Below are positions 1 to 15,139 of a stretch of DNA of 64,000 bases, one piece after another. The DNA comes from Eledone cirrhosa. Taxonomy: Eukaryota. The translations under genes and the position numbers were made by a program. The DNA lies in the NCBI GenBank assembly GCA_964016885.1, contig OZ024746.1:37386001-37450000 (forward strand). The letters run 5' to 3'. Position 1 is the stretch's first letter. Each line of letters starts with the position of its first letter. The notes under the pieces are model-generated. The model was not told the origin of the DNA. It ran no database searches and was given only the letters and a program-made list of their open reading frames with translations.

Positions 1-838
1 TTTCTAAGCCATGTATGATAATAATATTGCCAGTAACATTTATTTTCCTCAATAGTATTATCGTACGTAACTTAGCTCTTTAAAATAAATGTTTTTAACA
101 AACGCTCATATTTCAGACGGATCATAATTATTTATTATTTATCACTAATAAACATTCATAAATTCTTCAACAACGATTGCCCATTCATACACCAGATGTA
201 GCTGAGGACTAAATCTAAATGTAGTTTATGGCAGGGCATTAAACATTAGCGCATTTAACAGATCAGCGCATGAGGCAAACGGGACAATTATACCATCATC
301 GCATTCATCATTTACGTATTGAGACATCGAAGAGAAGACAAGAATAAATGATATAGGAGAATGAACGGAGAAATCTTTAGTTCATTTGGAACAGGAACAG
401 GATCATACGTAAGCCCGTTATTCCCATAACATATTTTGCTGCCATGATCATCCAATTTCACGGTTTCGTTTCCCATTGCATAGCTATCTGCATCCGACCA
501 GAAAATCCAGTTGCCATCATGCTGCCAAGAAAAAGGCTAATAACATTGTTCATTTATATTTTTTCTGGAAAATAATCCATTAAATTTGGCAAGTATTTCG
601 CTGTAAGCTTTACAGATGAATAACCGAAAAGAAGTTGTATCGTATGCCATATGCTACAAGATCATGAGTAAATTATTCTAAGATCTGCAATGTGGCAAAG
701 CCTGGTCCGATGATTCAAATACTCCATACATCATGGTTTAATTCGGGGATCAGTTATGTATACGGGAATGCATTCATGCACTATATATACACATACACAC
801 AAACACACGCGCACACACACACGCACACACACACATAT

Positions 839-885
<47 letters not shown>

Positions 886-1139
886 TATATACGGGGCGGT
901 GAGTGTTAGTGTGTATGTGTGTGTTTATATATAGTGATAGAGGGAAGAGACATAGCGACGGAAATAGAAGTTGCTGCCGCAACGAGGAATTCAGACTCGC
1001 ATTTCATAGATACTAAAAGGACAAGGCACCTTGATAACACTTACCGTGAACCTCCGCCACCTATCTCTGCTCTCTCATGCTTCGGCGTTTTTTCTCGTAT
1101 TTCTTTGTTATTTTAATTTATCTCCATTTCCAAGCGAGA

Positions 1140-2460
1140 ATGCATTAACTCTGTGTGTTTTTCCTTGTTCTGGTTTTAAGGTCATACTGAAATAGTTCAT
1201 TAATTTCATTGGTAAGATGAGTTAAGCTCAATGCGCATTTTTATCATTCGTTTTTCAGAAGCGAACATTTATAGTGTATATTCTACCTTTTCAATGCACA
1301 TTCCTTGAATGCTTTATTATTGTTGATATTTTTCCTTATGATATCAATCAATTTATCATTGTTTTATTATATTTCCTGCAACTGCATCCTGGATTAACTC
1401 TAGTAACATTAGAGTTGGTAATGTTAGTTTTCGTTGATGGGCAGCAAGAGTAGCTGATTTTAACTACATTTCTATTGAATATCTTATTATAACTATGATT
1501 AGGGGGAAAAATGTATGTCTAGAAGGTCGAGGAATTTTCTTCCTACGTCAGTTTTAACAGTTAGAGAGAAGGGGGGGGGGGTGTAAACCAAATAATTTTT
1601 ATTTTCCTGTTATCGTGTTTATTGTTAGAAAGAGGGGTAGGTAAATATTTAATTTGTTCGCTGAAGCTGCTGTTATTGAGGACCTTACTATAATTAGTTA
1701 AAAATGTCTATATACGAAGATAAGGTAGAAATCCTACGGCTAATGTTAGGAATAAGGTTTTTAAAGACTATAGGGGGATGGCAAGACACTTTCTGTATAT
1801 ATCTTAAATTGTCATTAGGTTTATGATAAGGTTTAAAAGAGGCGGTAAGTAGGTCAAGATTGATATCAAGAAAGTTAGTATTAGTAAAATTCGTATATAT
1901 AGTAATGTTTTGGTTTAAGTAGCAAAAGTATTGATTAAGTCTTTACGGAATTTATCAAGGTTATTGCCGTTGGTGGTACGAGAAACTTCCAAACCGTCGT
2001 CTCGGTATAAACCGATAATATGGCAAGGACATTTCTCTTTAAGGGGGTGGAGGAGGAATAATCCTACTAAGTCGCACACATCGGCGCTATCATATGAGCC
2101 CATCACAACATCAAAAGAGTTTTCAGGGCTTGATTTTTTAACCCAAGTACCTTCATTAGCAAACAATAGTGTTTTCCTGGCATGAAAGATAATACCTTCA
2201 TCTAATATAGAAATATTAATGAAAAGTCTACAAAATCTAAGGCTTTAGCTAATAAGGATTCTGTGATAGAGGCGTAAAAATCAACAATATCAAACTGGGT
2301 AAATCTACACTAATTTTTTCCTTGTATACTCTTAAACATAGAAATAACAGTGGATGTATTTAACCATCGGGATAAGTGAGTCATACTTCTTACTTGAAGT
2401 ATTATTTTTCTTAGAATTTTTTTATTCGCAAGGCCAATTTCAGATTTAGCACGATTACTC
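1140..2460 (-). mobile_element. Penelope-like retroelement, degenerate RT and thumb region (frameshifted)
   Basis: ORF 1915-2166 has FDVVMGSYDSADVCDLVGLFLL...GLYRDDGL. Upstream on the same strand: KSEIGLANKKIL and RFTQFDIVDFYAS. Downstream: NFLDINLDLLTASFKPYHKPNDNLRYIQKVSCHPP. These are PLE RT/thumb motifs. Left boundary uncertain. Confidence 0.88.
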
Positions 2461-2898
2461 AACCACCTTCAGCTTCTTCTTTACTTATCACGCCTTCCAC
2501 CCACTACCATTATCATCACCTTATGAACACATACTTTCTACCAATATATACGTTTTCTCCCTCATCTTTTTCTATATATATTTTTTTTTTATTTGATTTA
2601 TAAATTCCCCCCACCCTATTTTCTACCATACCTTTAACACATACACACCCACCACCTTCATCCTTTACCCAGATCATTTTTTAACTATATACCCTTATCC
2701 AGATCTCATCATAAACATTCACTCTCTACTACAACTTTTACACCCCTTTCCTGTTCATATATAATGTTTATATTATTTGATCTCAGTTTTACCCCACACC
2801 CCCCTGTCCCTACTTACCCACTATGGTTTTTAAGTGTACTCACGTAAGGTTGTATGTGGGCGCATATGCAGACATGCTTATGTGTACAAACATTTATC

Positions 2899-2972
2899 GG
2901 TGTCGATAACATAAAGTACCAGTAATGTACTGGGTATTTTACTGGCCTTGTGCCTAAAGTAGAAACAATTAT
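2899..2972 (+). mobile_element. tRNA-derived SINE, 3' fragment
   Basis: gtcgataacataaagtaccagtaatg...ctggccttgtgcctaaagtagaaacaatta matches the 3' half of the full copy at 18728. Confidence 0.85.
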
Positions 2973-3084
2973 ATTTGTTTGTGTATGTGTGTGTGTGTAT
3001 GTGTTCTTTATGCGTTTATATCTTTTGTATGTGTATATATAAGCATAGGGGTGGCTCACACATATTGATATGAGCATGTGCATG

Positions 3085-3119
<35 letters not shown>

Positions 3120-3128
3120 ATGTATGTA

Positions 3129-3508
<380 letters not shown>

Positions 3509-4020
3509 ATATATATATATATATATGTGTATGTGTGTGTGTGTGTATGTTTGTGTATACATATGAGTATATATGTATGTGTGTGTGTGTATGCATGCAT
3601 ATATATATATGTGTGTATGGGTATGTATGTGTGTGTGTGTATATATATATGTAGCATATGTATAGAGCTTTTTGTTTTTGTGTTTTTGCGTTTGTATGTT
3701 TGTATGTATTTACGTATGTATACACCCCCTTTTTATATGCGTGTGTGTATTTGTGTGTACATATTTGTGTGCATATATATCTGTGTGTATGTATGTATTT
3801 ATGTTCCTGTTCGTTTTTCTATGTAGACGCAACGTATTATTACGTATATGCGCGTGGTTGAGTCTGTGTATGTTTATGTTCTGAATATTTATTTTTATTT
3901 TTATTTATATATATATTTTTTTTTTCCCTATATTTCCTTTCTGCCCTTTTTTTCAGCCTCACTTTCATACTTCCTAAATTTTGTTTTCAAATCCATATTT
4001 AAATAAAACACTATGTTATG

Positions 4021-4079
4021 TATTGATTCTGACGACAGACATAACATCTGCCTTCAAGAAACCCCTGGTAAATGAAATA
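4021..4079 (+). ncRNA. Degenerate type I hammerhead ribozyme-like motif
   Basis: tattgATT-CTGACGA-cagac...atctg ccttcaa-GAAA-CC cct G-GTA-AAT gaaata. Stems I and III pair; stem II register is damaged. Confidence 0.5.
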
Positions 4080-4199
4080 ATTATCTCATGTTGTTTGTTA
4101 CATAACTAAATAAATATATATATGTATATAAGTATCAATATGGTAATGGTACCACAAAAAAAACAGGAAAATCTAAGCAGGAAGAATTGAACTGGAGGT

Positions 4200-4378
4200 G
4201 AAATTTATTTTGCCAGCAATGACAGCGAAGACAAACAAATTATTTGAACAGGGAATAATGAATCTAATTAGAAGTTGGGAGAGATACTGGAACGAAATAG
4301 CAAATATATCATTGCGTGAATAAATTGCTTTTGATTTAAAACTGTCTCATTTACAGACTCTTTGGCCAACACATTTTA
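4200..4378 (+). mobile_element. mariner 3' remnant
   Basis: Frameshifted LFEQGIMNLIRSWER/ILERNSKYIIA* resembles the mariner C-terminus (FFERGIMKLPERW...NGQYII). It is followed by a TIR-like ctttggccaac. Confidence 0.6.
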
Positions 4379-4845
4379 AATATATATGCGTGTGTGTGTA
4401 TTAGTGTGTGTGCGTGTGTGTTTGGGAGTATGTATCTGTGTGCGTGTGTGTGTCTATGTGTGTATAAAGGGAGAAAAACCGTAAGAGTTAAAATGCATCT
4501 CTGCTGCTGTGGGTGGCTGCACCAGTTTGAATGATTAAAATGACATTATGTGTGATCTTATTATGTAAATTGACTTCTACGCAGTAGAGATTTTCATACA
4601 AGATTTATTTTCGACTTATTTCCAATAAATGTTTATAACCATTAACATGAAAGCTATTGAGAACTATTAGGATTCTTTCACATTCAACCTCACATCCTAC
4701 CTCTGTAACTATCAATGACTCCCTTTTAACCAACTCATATCGTCCTCAATCATTTACCACGAGGAACTAGCGTTTATTTATTTCTCCCCTTTCCCTTGCT
4801 GTCATTGTACATTGTCTTCCTCTACGTACTGGCGTCTACTCACAT

Positions 4846-5846
<1,001 letters not shown>

Positions 5847-6727
5847 TCTCACTCTCGTTTACTCTCCCGACTTTTATTTCCCTGAACCTTATGTCGTTTA
5901 GATTACAACAAAGAGATGTAAAACTTTAAATCGTTTTGTTTTGATCTAATTAACTATTTTTGTAGAAAAAAATATTTCTAGAAAATATAACTAAAATCCA
6001 ATTAATGAGCTTCTTACTCCATTTTTTTTTATTTTTGTCATAATATTGTTTACTCAATTTTTAAAATATATTCCTGCTTTCTTTTTCGTCAATTTTGAAG
6101 CATTCATTCTTCCTGAGAAATTCAATTACCTTAGTGTTCTTGTTTATGCTGTGTTTTTTTGCCTTGGTTTCAATTTGTGTAGCAACATGAAATAGCGTTG
6201 TTGATAAACGTTTCTTAATTCCAATATTAGAGTGTGTTAAATCTGATGTTCATCTTTTCCACTCGTATGTAAAAATTCGGTGCCATGAATAAGGCTCGTA
6301 TAAGCTAGTGTAAATCTTCGTCTTCTACCTGGTCCTTCCAACAATAAGTATATATATTATACTTTCATAAGAATGATTAATTTATCAAATTAAAACTCAA
6401 ATGATATTATACGTATCGTGGACTAGAAAAAGGTCAATATTAACTACTACACAATTCGACAATATTAAAATGCGCTAATTTAGGTAATATGATTTACTGA
6501 TATTTTACATCATACTAATAACTTTAAGTTATTAGAATTTAGGTTTTGAGATCGTTTCCCCCAGGATATATTCATTTGTGTATTTCTTTTGACATCGGCG
6601 TGCTTATTAAAGATATCTAGAATAGTGGAGCCATATGATGTATCTATAAATGGATTGGTGTATTTCACTTCTTCAGTAAATATATGTTTTTAGGGGATTG
6701 ATTCTTCTTCTTTTTCTTCTTCTTCTT

Positions 6728-6758
<31 letters not shown>

Positions 6759-7712
6759 GTATATACAATCTTATATCAATCTCGGTTCATTTCATTTAAT
6801 ATGCTGCTCATTGTTTATATTAGTTCACTTATCCCCCAAGGCCTATACATAACATTATTTTTATGACGAAAATACATGTATGTATGCCTATCAGTGTTAA
6901 ACCGGGTAAAAATATTATTTCTCTACCGCAAACTGAATAAAATGAAAACCATATTAACGTCTACTTACTAATTACATCATGGAATATTTTGAGTGTCATT
7001 GAACTCACATGGGCTGCTTCACTATATCATTTAGTCATTTATTTTTCTAGCGAGCATTCAGGCAGAATTTAATGTAATTAACTCATCAATTGTTAATATG
7101 GTAGTGAGAAATTTTTATCGCTAAATATCAACCAAATTACTAGTTATTTTGTACGGCGAATTCTGCACTACAAAATATGTCCATGTCCGCCAAATATTGC
7201 TAACATCATGCTTGTAACGTAGACAATATAAAATAATTTATATACAGAGGAAGAGAAAGATCAAGCGCATAATGGAGGATATGTAAATTTATCTTATTTG
7301 AATTGTATACATTTTGTTAACAAGTTAACTAGAACATGGTTCAGGTCGAGTGCAAATATTGTTGTAGCAAAACCCTCACACATCATCCTATGTATCTTTT
7401 CCTATATTACAAAATTAGCAACTGTTTTTACCACTGTTGTTTGAATATTGAGGCGTACACATTAGGAGGAACATTTAATCCGGCATGATATCAAAATAAT
7501 ATTTATAATTTAGCCAGTCATTTGTGAGGTTGTGGAAGGTCAATTACATTGAAACCCTTACGTGATTGATTGAACTCCGTAGAAGGAATCTTGACCTAGT
7601 TGAGACAGTAAATTAGAACATAAGAAACCGGTAAGTAATTCGATTTTGCCAAACAAACTCCCTCTTTAAATGAACATAATCACTAATATTCTTAGTGTTT
7701 TTGAACGGCTCA

Positions 7713-8060
7713 TCACAAAATTTGGCACTGGGAGCGATTTCCAAAACATAATATTATTATGTTTATAGCATATGTTTCAAATATAAGCTTTTCGAGACCA
7801 GTTTTGTAACCAGGATCATCCTTCCATGTTAGAGGGTCTTTGTCGAGGAAATCGGTGCTGATAGAAAATCTTGTGAAGAAAGTTTTCATACCAGGGGTTA
7901 CAAAAGGTGAAAACTCGATGTTTGTAAAGGAAGAAAAGTCATTTTGGTGAAGAATGTACCTCTTCAGTTGATTTTTTTCTTCTGCCTTTTCATTACATTT
8001 TTCTGCTTCCAGCATTACTTGAGCAATATTTGCCTTAACCTCTCCTTGCTCTCCTTCCTC
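7713..8060 (-). mobile_element. DNA transposase C-terminal fragment, probably hAT (hATm-like)
   Basis: VKANIAQVML...FSPFVTPGMKTFFTRFSISTDFLDKDPLTWKDDPGY fits the FV..S..FF..L.I...FL..DP..W.....Y pattern. Superfamily assignment is from memory. Confidence 0.55.
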
Positions 8061-8292
8061 TCTTTTTATCTTTGCTCACTTTGCTCTCCTTTCCTCCCTT
8101 TTCTCATTGCTCTCCTTTCTCTACGTTTCTAATGCTCTCCTTGTATCATTGGTCTCTTTTTTTTCCTTGCTCTCCATTTCTCCGTGTATCTATGTACTTG
8201 CTTATATACAAATGCTATGAGAAAAGGTGAGCATGGCGAAATATATGTATCATTTATATATATGTATATATATGTATATATATATATACATA

Positions 8293-8416
<124 letters not shown>

Positions 8417-8475
8417 TACTCAATAGCGAGTACTCATGTCTCTCAGCTGTCATCCACATACGGATATATGTATAT

Positions 8476-8872
8476 TAAGGTGGCCTTTAGCAATAGGTTA
8501 ATTTCCGAAAGTTAAAATGTTGCTTCTCCCATAGCTAAAAAATAGGTGTTTGCCCTATACCTGCGTTCTATACCCATCTTTAAAAGTTGTCTCCCCCATT
8601 ATATTTATTGCCGCTTGTCATAATACCAAGAATAAGTCTGAACAAGTTTTTAATTTAAGAGAAAATTATATAAGAGATAAACAAATTTATCTGAAAAAAT
8701 GACTTTTCGGGCGAAAACTTCATAATTTGACGGTTTATGGGGGCCGCCTTGCAGTTGTCCTCGTGATCTACAGTTTTGTATAGCTTGTTTTTTTTGTTTT
8801 GTTTTTTTAATTGGAACAGGTTAGTGGGGTGAGAGCGGAACTTTTAGAAAGTTAAAAATAAGGGCCATTCTA
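8476..8872. mobile_element. Non-autonomous DNA transposon (MITE-like) with imperfect TIRs
   Basis: Left end TAAGGTGGCCTTTA; right end reverse complement TAGAATGGCCCTTA. No clean TSD. Confidence 0.45.
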
Positions 8873-8887
8873 ATATATGTATGTATG

Positions 8888-8992
<105 letters not shown>

Positions 8993-10479
8993 TGTGTATG
9001 TGCGTATGTGTGTGTGTGTGGTGGTAAGACAGTCTCAAAAGAGATATACCGCAGACGGTCTTAGGAGAAGAAAACTCCCACCAAAGATGCTTCTTCATCT
9101 TTCACTTCTCACATTTGTTGTGTCGTGTCGCGTGTTGATCATGACCACTGGGTTAACTTATGCTGACATATAGCCATTTGGATACCGGAGACTTGTAGAG
9201 TGTTAGACATTTTGTGAAGTAGAAATTTGTTGAAAGGATTTATCTGGAACTTCTGTCGGTTGCTTCTGCTTCTGAATTCATTCGTTATTGAGTTTGGACA
9301 ATTAATGTTAGTAGTAATGGTAGCAGTGATACGTCAACAGGATCAATGCTGCCTCAAAACTACATCGACGACTTATTCAGAGTAACTTCGCATAGCATTC
9401 GTGAAATACAAATATTATACTCTCATACGGTATAGAGTTCGTTTTTGTTGGCCGGGTCCAATGCAAGGCGATACTTAAATAAAAAGCTTCAAACACAGTC
9501 ATCACTTGATATAAACAACTGTGTGTTTCGTCAGCATGGACTTTCGTTTTTTTATCTTTTTCTGATAGGTGTGAATCCTGGCAAGGCTAAAAGTTTATGT
9601 TCGTGCCACCCATGTATGAGAATAAAGTCAAATGATGGCAATTCTAAAAACTGTGATGTAGCAATGATGTATGTGTGTATGTATGCATGTAGTTATGTAT
9701 GTTTGTATGTATGTAAGCATGTATGTATGTAAGTATGTATGTATGAATATGTTTACATACGTATATATTAGGCATCTATGTATGAATATATTTATGTATG
9801 TATGGATGTGTGTATGTACACGTGTATGTATACATGAATGTATAGATATCTTTTGTTCTCGACTCAATAATACACCGTTGGCCCAATCGTTTATATATTT
9901 CCATAAATCTTCAAGTATGCGTCACCACTTCAGAACTGGATGCAAGAAATGTATAAGAAATACTAATATTGTTGAATATAACATGTTGAAAAATAGCAAA
10001 TGATTGAAACGTTTGAATATTCCCAAGCTCGTTATGTAATCGTTAAGAATGTATTTGCTCATTGAAATAAAATGTACCATTGTGCATATTTAAATTGCAC
10101 GAAATACAAACTAAACGGAACAGCAATTAAATATGAATTTAAATCAGTGTGTATAAAGAGCCCAAAGCACCAGATGAATAAAAGCATTTGCTCTTCAAAT
10201 GAAAATAACTTCTCTGAGAGTTCCTCAGAATGTGTTGTCGGAATTTCTCTAAAATACACACCTGATGTACAAACTTGAAACTAAGAATTATGACGCAGCA
10301 TGGCAATGGTGATGAGTTGATCCACAGGTTACTCGAAAATATGACTGACTAATTTTAAAGACGAAAATCTGTGAAAAAATCCTAATTTTGCAGAAGATCG
10401 AGAAAAATACAGATTTAGAATATATATAATACATAATATTAATTTTAGTTTTTCCTCGTTCGTCAATTGTGTTTCCATT

Positions 10480-11010
10480 CCTCGACACGGATCATACAAA
10501 ACAACATCCATCTCATGTGATACATCATAGAGAGGGTAGTGATTAAAGCTAACTTGACTTGGGTTCTGATTTATTTAGAACAATCGAATGCTTTCGATAG
10601 GATCGAACATCAATACATGGAGGCTGAAATCAAGGTGGTTGGCTTCGGTCCCGTTTTTAGAAGCTCGATCACTTTAATGCAAAGTGGCATCTGCTCGGTG
10701 GTCGGCACCTTCTTAAAGGAATATTAATGTTTGATGGAAGCAGAACTGAACCGGGAGGAGTCGGTGTGTTTGTATCTTGGCATCTGGAGAGGCAAATCCA
10801 TATCGTTAAACAACATCTTCGCCCACTAAACGGGCGGAGCGGGACAGTTACTCGGGTTCTGGTTCGGATTAACGCTACATGTGTATAAGAACTGGGATGA
10901 TGTAATGAACAGAATAGCCATTGTCAACCAGAAATAGCCCGAGAGAAATACATACCTGAATGGTGAGGCTGATGTGGTACTAACCGTTGCGTCTTTCTAT
11001 CCCACCTTGC
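10480..11010 (+). mobile_element. Tx1/L1-clade LINE RT fragment, internally deleted
   Basis: IQNNIHLM...LIYLEQSNAFDRIEHQYM...GFGPVF, then LGIWRGK...LLGFWFG...KNWDDVMNRI, with stops. Confidence 0.8.
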
Positions 11011-11049
11011 GATTTCTTCTTCCGTCTACTTGAGAAGAGACGTACTATA

Positions 11050-12450
11050 TCTATCCGCCCCCACTGCCCAGATAATAAATGCATTGAATAGATTTCTTGC
11101 ATTCAAAATCATTTTTCCTCCTTTTAAATATGCCTCTCTAAACTTGTCTTTCGTTTCTGAATGTAGAATACAGTTCTGAAATCTTCAATTATTTGTATCC
11201 ACTACCATACGATTCCCCCATGTTTCATTTTTCCAACGGCACCCTTAATCCAGTCCATTTTCCCCTCTTTTCATATTGAGCTCAGAGCATTTGGAAAAGC
11301 CAAATTCCATATCGATGTGACTGCTACATGTCCAAACTCCTTTATGCAAAAATATATCAAACGTCCCAAAGAATTTGATATCATCTCTAAACAGAATATA
11401 GTTTATCAATTTATTTTCCTACCACATTGATTCCGCCTTTTCTAAGTGTCAGTGTTGTATACAACCTTTGACAAAAATAAATGGCGAGACTTAGTCAGCT
11501 TGGAAGATACCCCCTCTTAATTTCTATTTCTCCAAACAGTACATCATTCGAGTACAACTTAACCTTCTAATCTAACATAATATTCTGGAGAACATTTGTG
11601 ATGTCAGCAGGCATTCAACAATCCAAGAAGGGGACATATTACTATAAGCCTTAAGCTCAATCCAGGCCCAAAAGATTTTTTTTTTAATGTTTTTTAATGT
11701 TTATTAAAATGCCTCAAATCTGTTTTATCGATCAGCAGATGATCCTTGTTTCTCTGAGATCTCTTCATATATCATTTTTGTTCCCTTGTTGATATTGCAT
11801 GCTGTGAAGGATGAGTATATGACATCTCTGAAAATATCCCTGTACATATTGTGTTCAGGCATACTGCACGATGGTAGCTTCTCACAACACTCGCCTTACA
11901 TCTATATTATAGAAGATATATCCTTCCAGTTACGATCCAAGAGGGAACTGCAACTCTCTGGATACTGTAATTCACTTGAGCGGCTCGTCATTTAAGAATC
12001 GTGTAATATCTTTCCAACCAAAAGCAATGGATTCTATCTTGACCGGGAGCTTTCTAGTTTGGTACCTTGGCCATTTAATTCTCTAAAGTAACTCTGCTTA
12101 TGGCAATACCTCTCTTCTTCTATTTCCTCATCGATGATATTCTATCTTGATGATTTCTACGCAATCAGCATCGTATTCATGCATCACAATATTTCCCCAT
12201 ATCCCATTACGGAACTGCGTGTCCATGTCAGCATTAGGAATATCATTCCCATTGCATCATCTCAATTATTGGAATATACTGGAAGAATATATTCTCGAAT
12301 TACTTATTCCTCCTCACAATGCAACGTGCCTACATAAAATCGTGTAAATCCTTAAATATTTGCGGTCATTACTTGAGCAGGGGTAGATGATGCCCTATAG
12401 CATATGATATAATTTAGCGACAGGCACATCCCAGAAAATAAGAACAATGA
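11050..12450 (-). mobile_element. R4/Dong-like LINE RT remnant
   Basis: Minus strand reads N*KAPGQDRIHCFWLE (about 12020-12060), GIFQAD*VSPFIF (about 11480-11515), INYILFRDDIKF (about 11375-11410) and DMEFGFSKC (about 11290-11315), matching R4/Dong RT motifs. Confidence 0.75.
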
Positions 12451-13799
12451 TCAACGAAATTACAGCCCCAACCATTGTGTATTTTACCCAAATATAATTA
12501 CCCAACATTACAAGATCGTACCAGCATGCAGTTAAGCCTGATAGCAACTAAAGGGTATTTGGTTGATATTTTCTAGCCGGTAGATCACCTGTAGATATAA
12601 AATACCTCATCAGTTCTTAAGTAGATTCCACGAGGTTTGTTTCTATTTGACGCCATGAACTAGTTGATGCAAAGTGTGTCGCATTGTATATAAATTGTAT
12701 ATAAATGAATTGAGAACGTACTAATTACGCAATCTTTTATTGTGATACATTCAATTCAGCAACGTTTTCCATTCCTGATAATCAAGTTTCCATTATAATT
12801 GCATTTGACATTGAAGGGTCTGAGTTTTACCTCCAACCCCAACTCATTTAATCTAAAGTGGTTCAAATACATCATTAGTAATAGCCCCACAGCTGATTCA
12901 CAATATCATCCGAATTAGTAAAGTAGACATAGAAAGAAATACGAACAAACACACAGACACACTGACACAAACACGCACACACATGCACAGGGGGACACTC
13001 GTGACCGCGCCCACTCCCCCCTCCCACATACATATATATATATATAATAGATAGAGAGTTAGATAGATATATGTATGTATACATATGCTAAATATATAGG
13101 GAAGGCGTCGGTGCTACTGTACTCATACGTGCGTGTGTGTGCCTACGTTTAGCGGTACTAAATTGCGGTAACTACCACACCAACACATAGATTAATCCAC
13201 GCTTAATAAACACATACATATATACGTTTGATATATGAATACATATAAACTTGCATCATACATACATACATACATACATACAACATTTTACCATGCTGTG
13301 AATGTAAATTACCGGAGGTAAGAAGTATTCAAATTTATAGCAATGGACAAAAACTCCATTGTCAGTGTGATTCCTACGCAAGAAGCAAACATCGGAAGTG
13401 ATTCGAAATAAAAGAATGATTAATTTTGTCCGAGTAATTGGTTGGCGCCATTGACATAACAATCAAATCGGAATATTTACAATTGTCGATTATATAGTCA
13501 ATCTTGAGATTTAGAAAGAGAAACTGCAAGTTATAAAGAAAGTGGGTCCTGTGGCTGAGAAAGAGCGAAAAACGAATTGTGCTAGGAACTGAGCATTCTC
13601 GGTGAATATTTTTAATTGTGATGTGCAGCAAGTACTACTATGCAAAGAAATAAGTAAGAACGAGATGTTTCTCGAGGTGAGAATACGAATATCGGAAGCG
13701 ATGATCTGATTGTAATTAAAATTAATGTTTTCCATACATCTGGTGTACGTAATCACTCTCTTAATATCCCTTGTTCAATTAAACTCGCTAACCCCCCCC

Positions 13800-13938
<139 letters not shown>

Positions 13939-14149
13939 TGTGTGTGTGTGTAAACATATCATTAAAAAGGACGTGGGACATAGGAATGAAACTTAACTGA
14001 AAACTCGGATGAGACAAGCACATGAACAAATCCCGCTCATCGAATGTCTTCTTGCACCCAGAGTTTCTGTTGCTTCCAGAGACAATACAATTAGTCGATG
14101 AAGGACATTCCATATATATATACTACCCTACCATATATATATATATATA

Positions 14150-14702
14150 TGGTAGGGTCGTTGGCGACTAAACTGGCAACCCCACCAAGGTTTCTTGGTG
14201 AGGTGGGTGACTTTGGACATCCTGCAGGACTAAATACAAAACCTGTCAAAGGGCAAAGAAGCTCTTAAGAGTCAATGGCCATCCAAAATCACCGGGAGAG
14301 ATGACCCCTTAGCCTTTGTCAAGGCAGAATTCTAGTAGAAAGAAAACTCTGATATAACACCTGCAACTCTGATGGTATCCAATGATGTTGACTTGTTCTT
14401 CTTTTTCGTAAATATCATCTTGGTTAAGAGAGTGGGACTGGCTTTGTGCAGTGGCTTTGCTCACTATAAAAGCTTAAAGGCACAGACATTGCTTTGTAGC
14501 TGGAGATATCTCTGCACTTGTCCTCATATGGTACCATGGGCCCATCACTATGTGTCAATAATTGTCACAAGTGTAGTGTTTGTACCAGAGTTTTAAAGTC
14601 GCTGGCTGGACTAAAATGACACACTCATTTAGCGCATCGGTATGGGTACTCCTACATGGATATAAAGTAGTGGCTGTACTCGAAAACGAGTTGGCAGCCA
14701 CC
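14150..14702 (+). mobile_element. GC-richer interspersed repeat between (TA)n tracts, possibly LINE (RTE-type) 5' region
   Basis: Sharp compositional boundaries at (TA)n; starts ggtcgttggcgactaaactggcaacccc. No protein motif identified. Confidence 0.35.
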
Positions 14703-14709
14703 ATATATA

Positions 14710-14741
<32 letters not shown>

Positions 14742-15081
14742 ACGATATGGGACAGGACAATTGCTACAACTAGATGCGACACATAATGTCGGTAGTTAAC
14801 AGTAAATGGATTAAAGAATACATACATATATACGTAATACATATAAACACTGCGGGGATATGTTTATAAGCCTGCTCCCTCACAGATTAAGTGCATTTTG
14901 CTGCTCAAGAATAGGCCAAATTGCAGGCGCGACAACGATTAATAATTAGGTAATTTTATGTTTATTCTGCTCTTCAGACTTATAATTATATATAGCTGGG
15001 ATTAACTGATTATTTATGTAAATTTGTCTGTGCTACGCAGAAAAATTCCGTAAACCTTCTTTCTGTGCTTCACACGTATAA

Positions 15082-15132
<51 letters not shown>

Positions 15133-15139
<7 letters not shown>

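Noticed and set aside
202-240. CTGAGGA and other isolated CTGANGA words (5002, 6670-, 12607-, 22786, 27262, 31628, 43276, 61586)
   Set aside because: No correctly placed stem II plus GAAA plus stem I; consistent with chance
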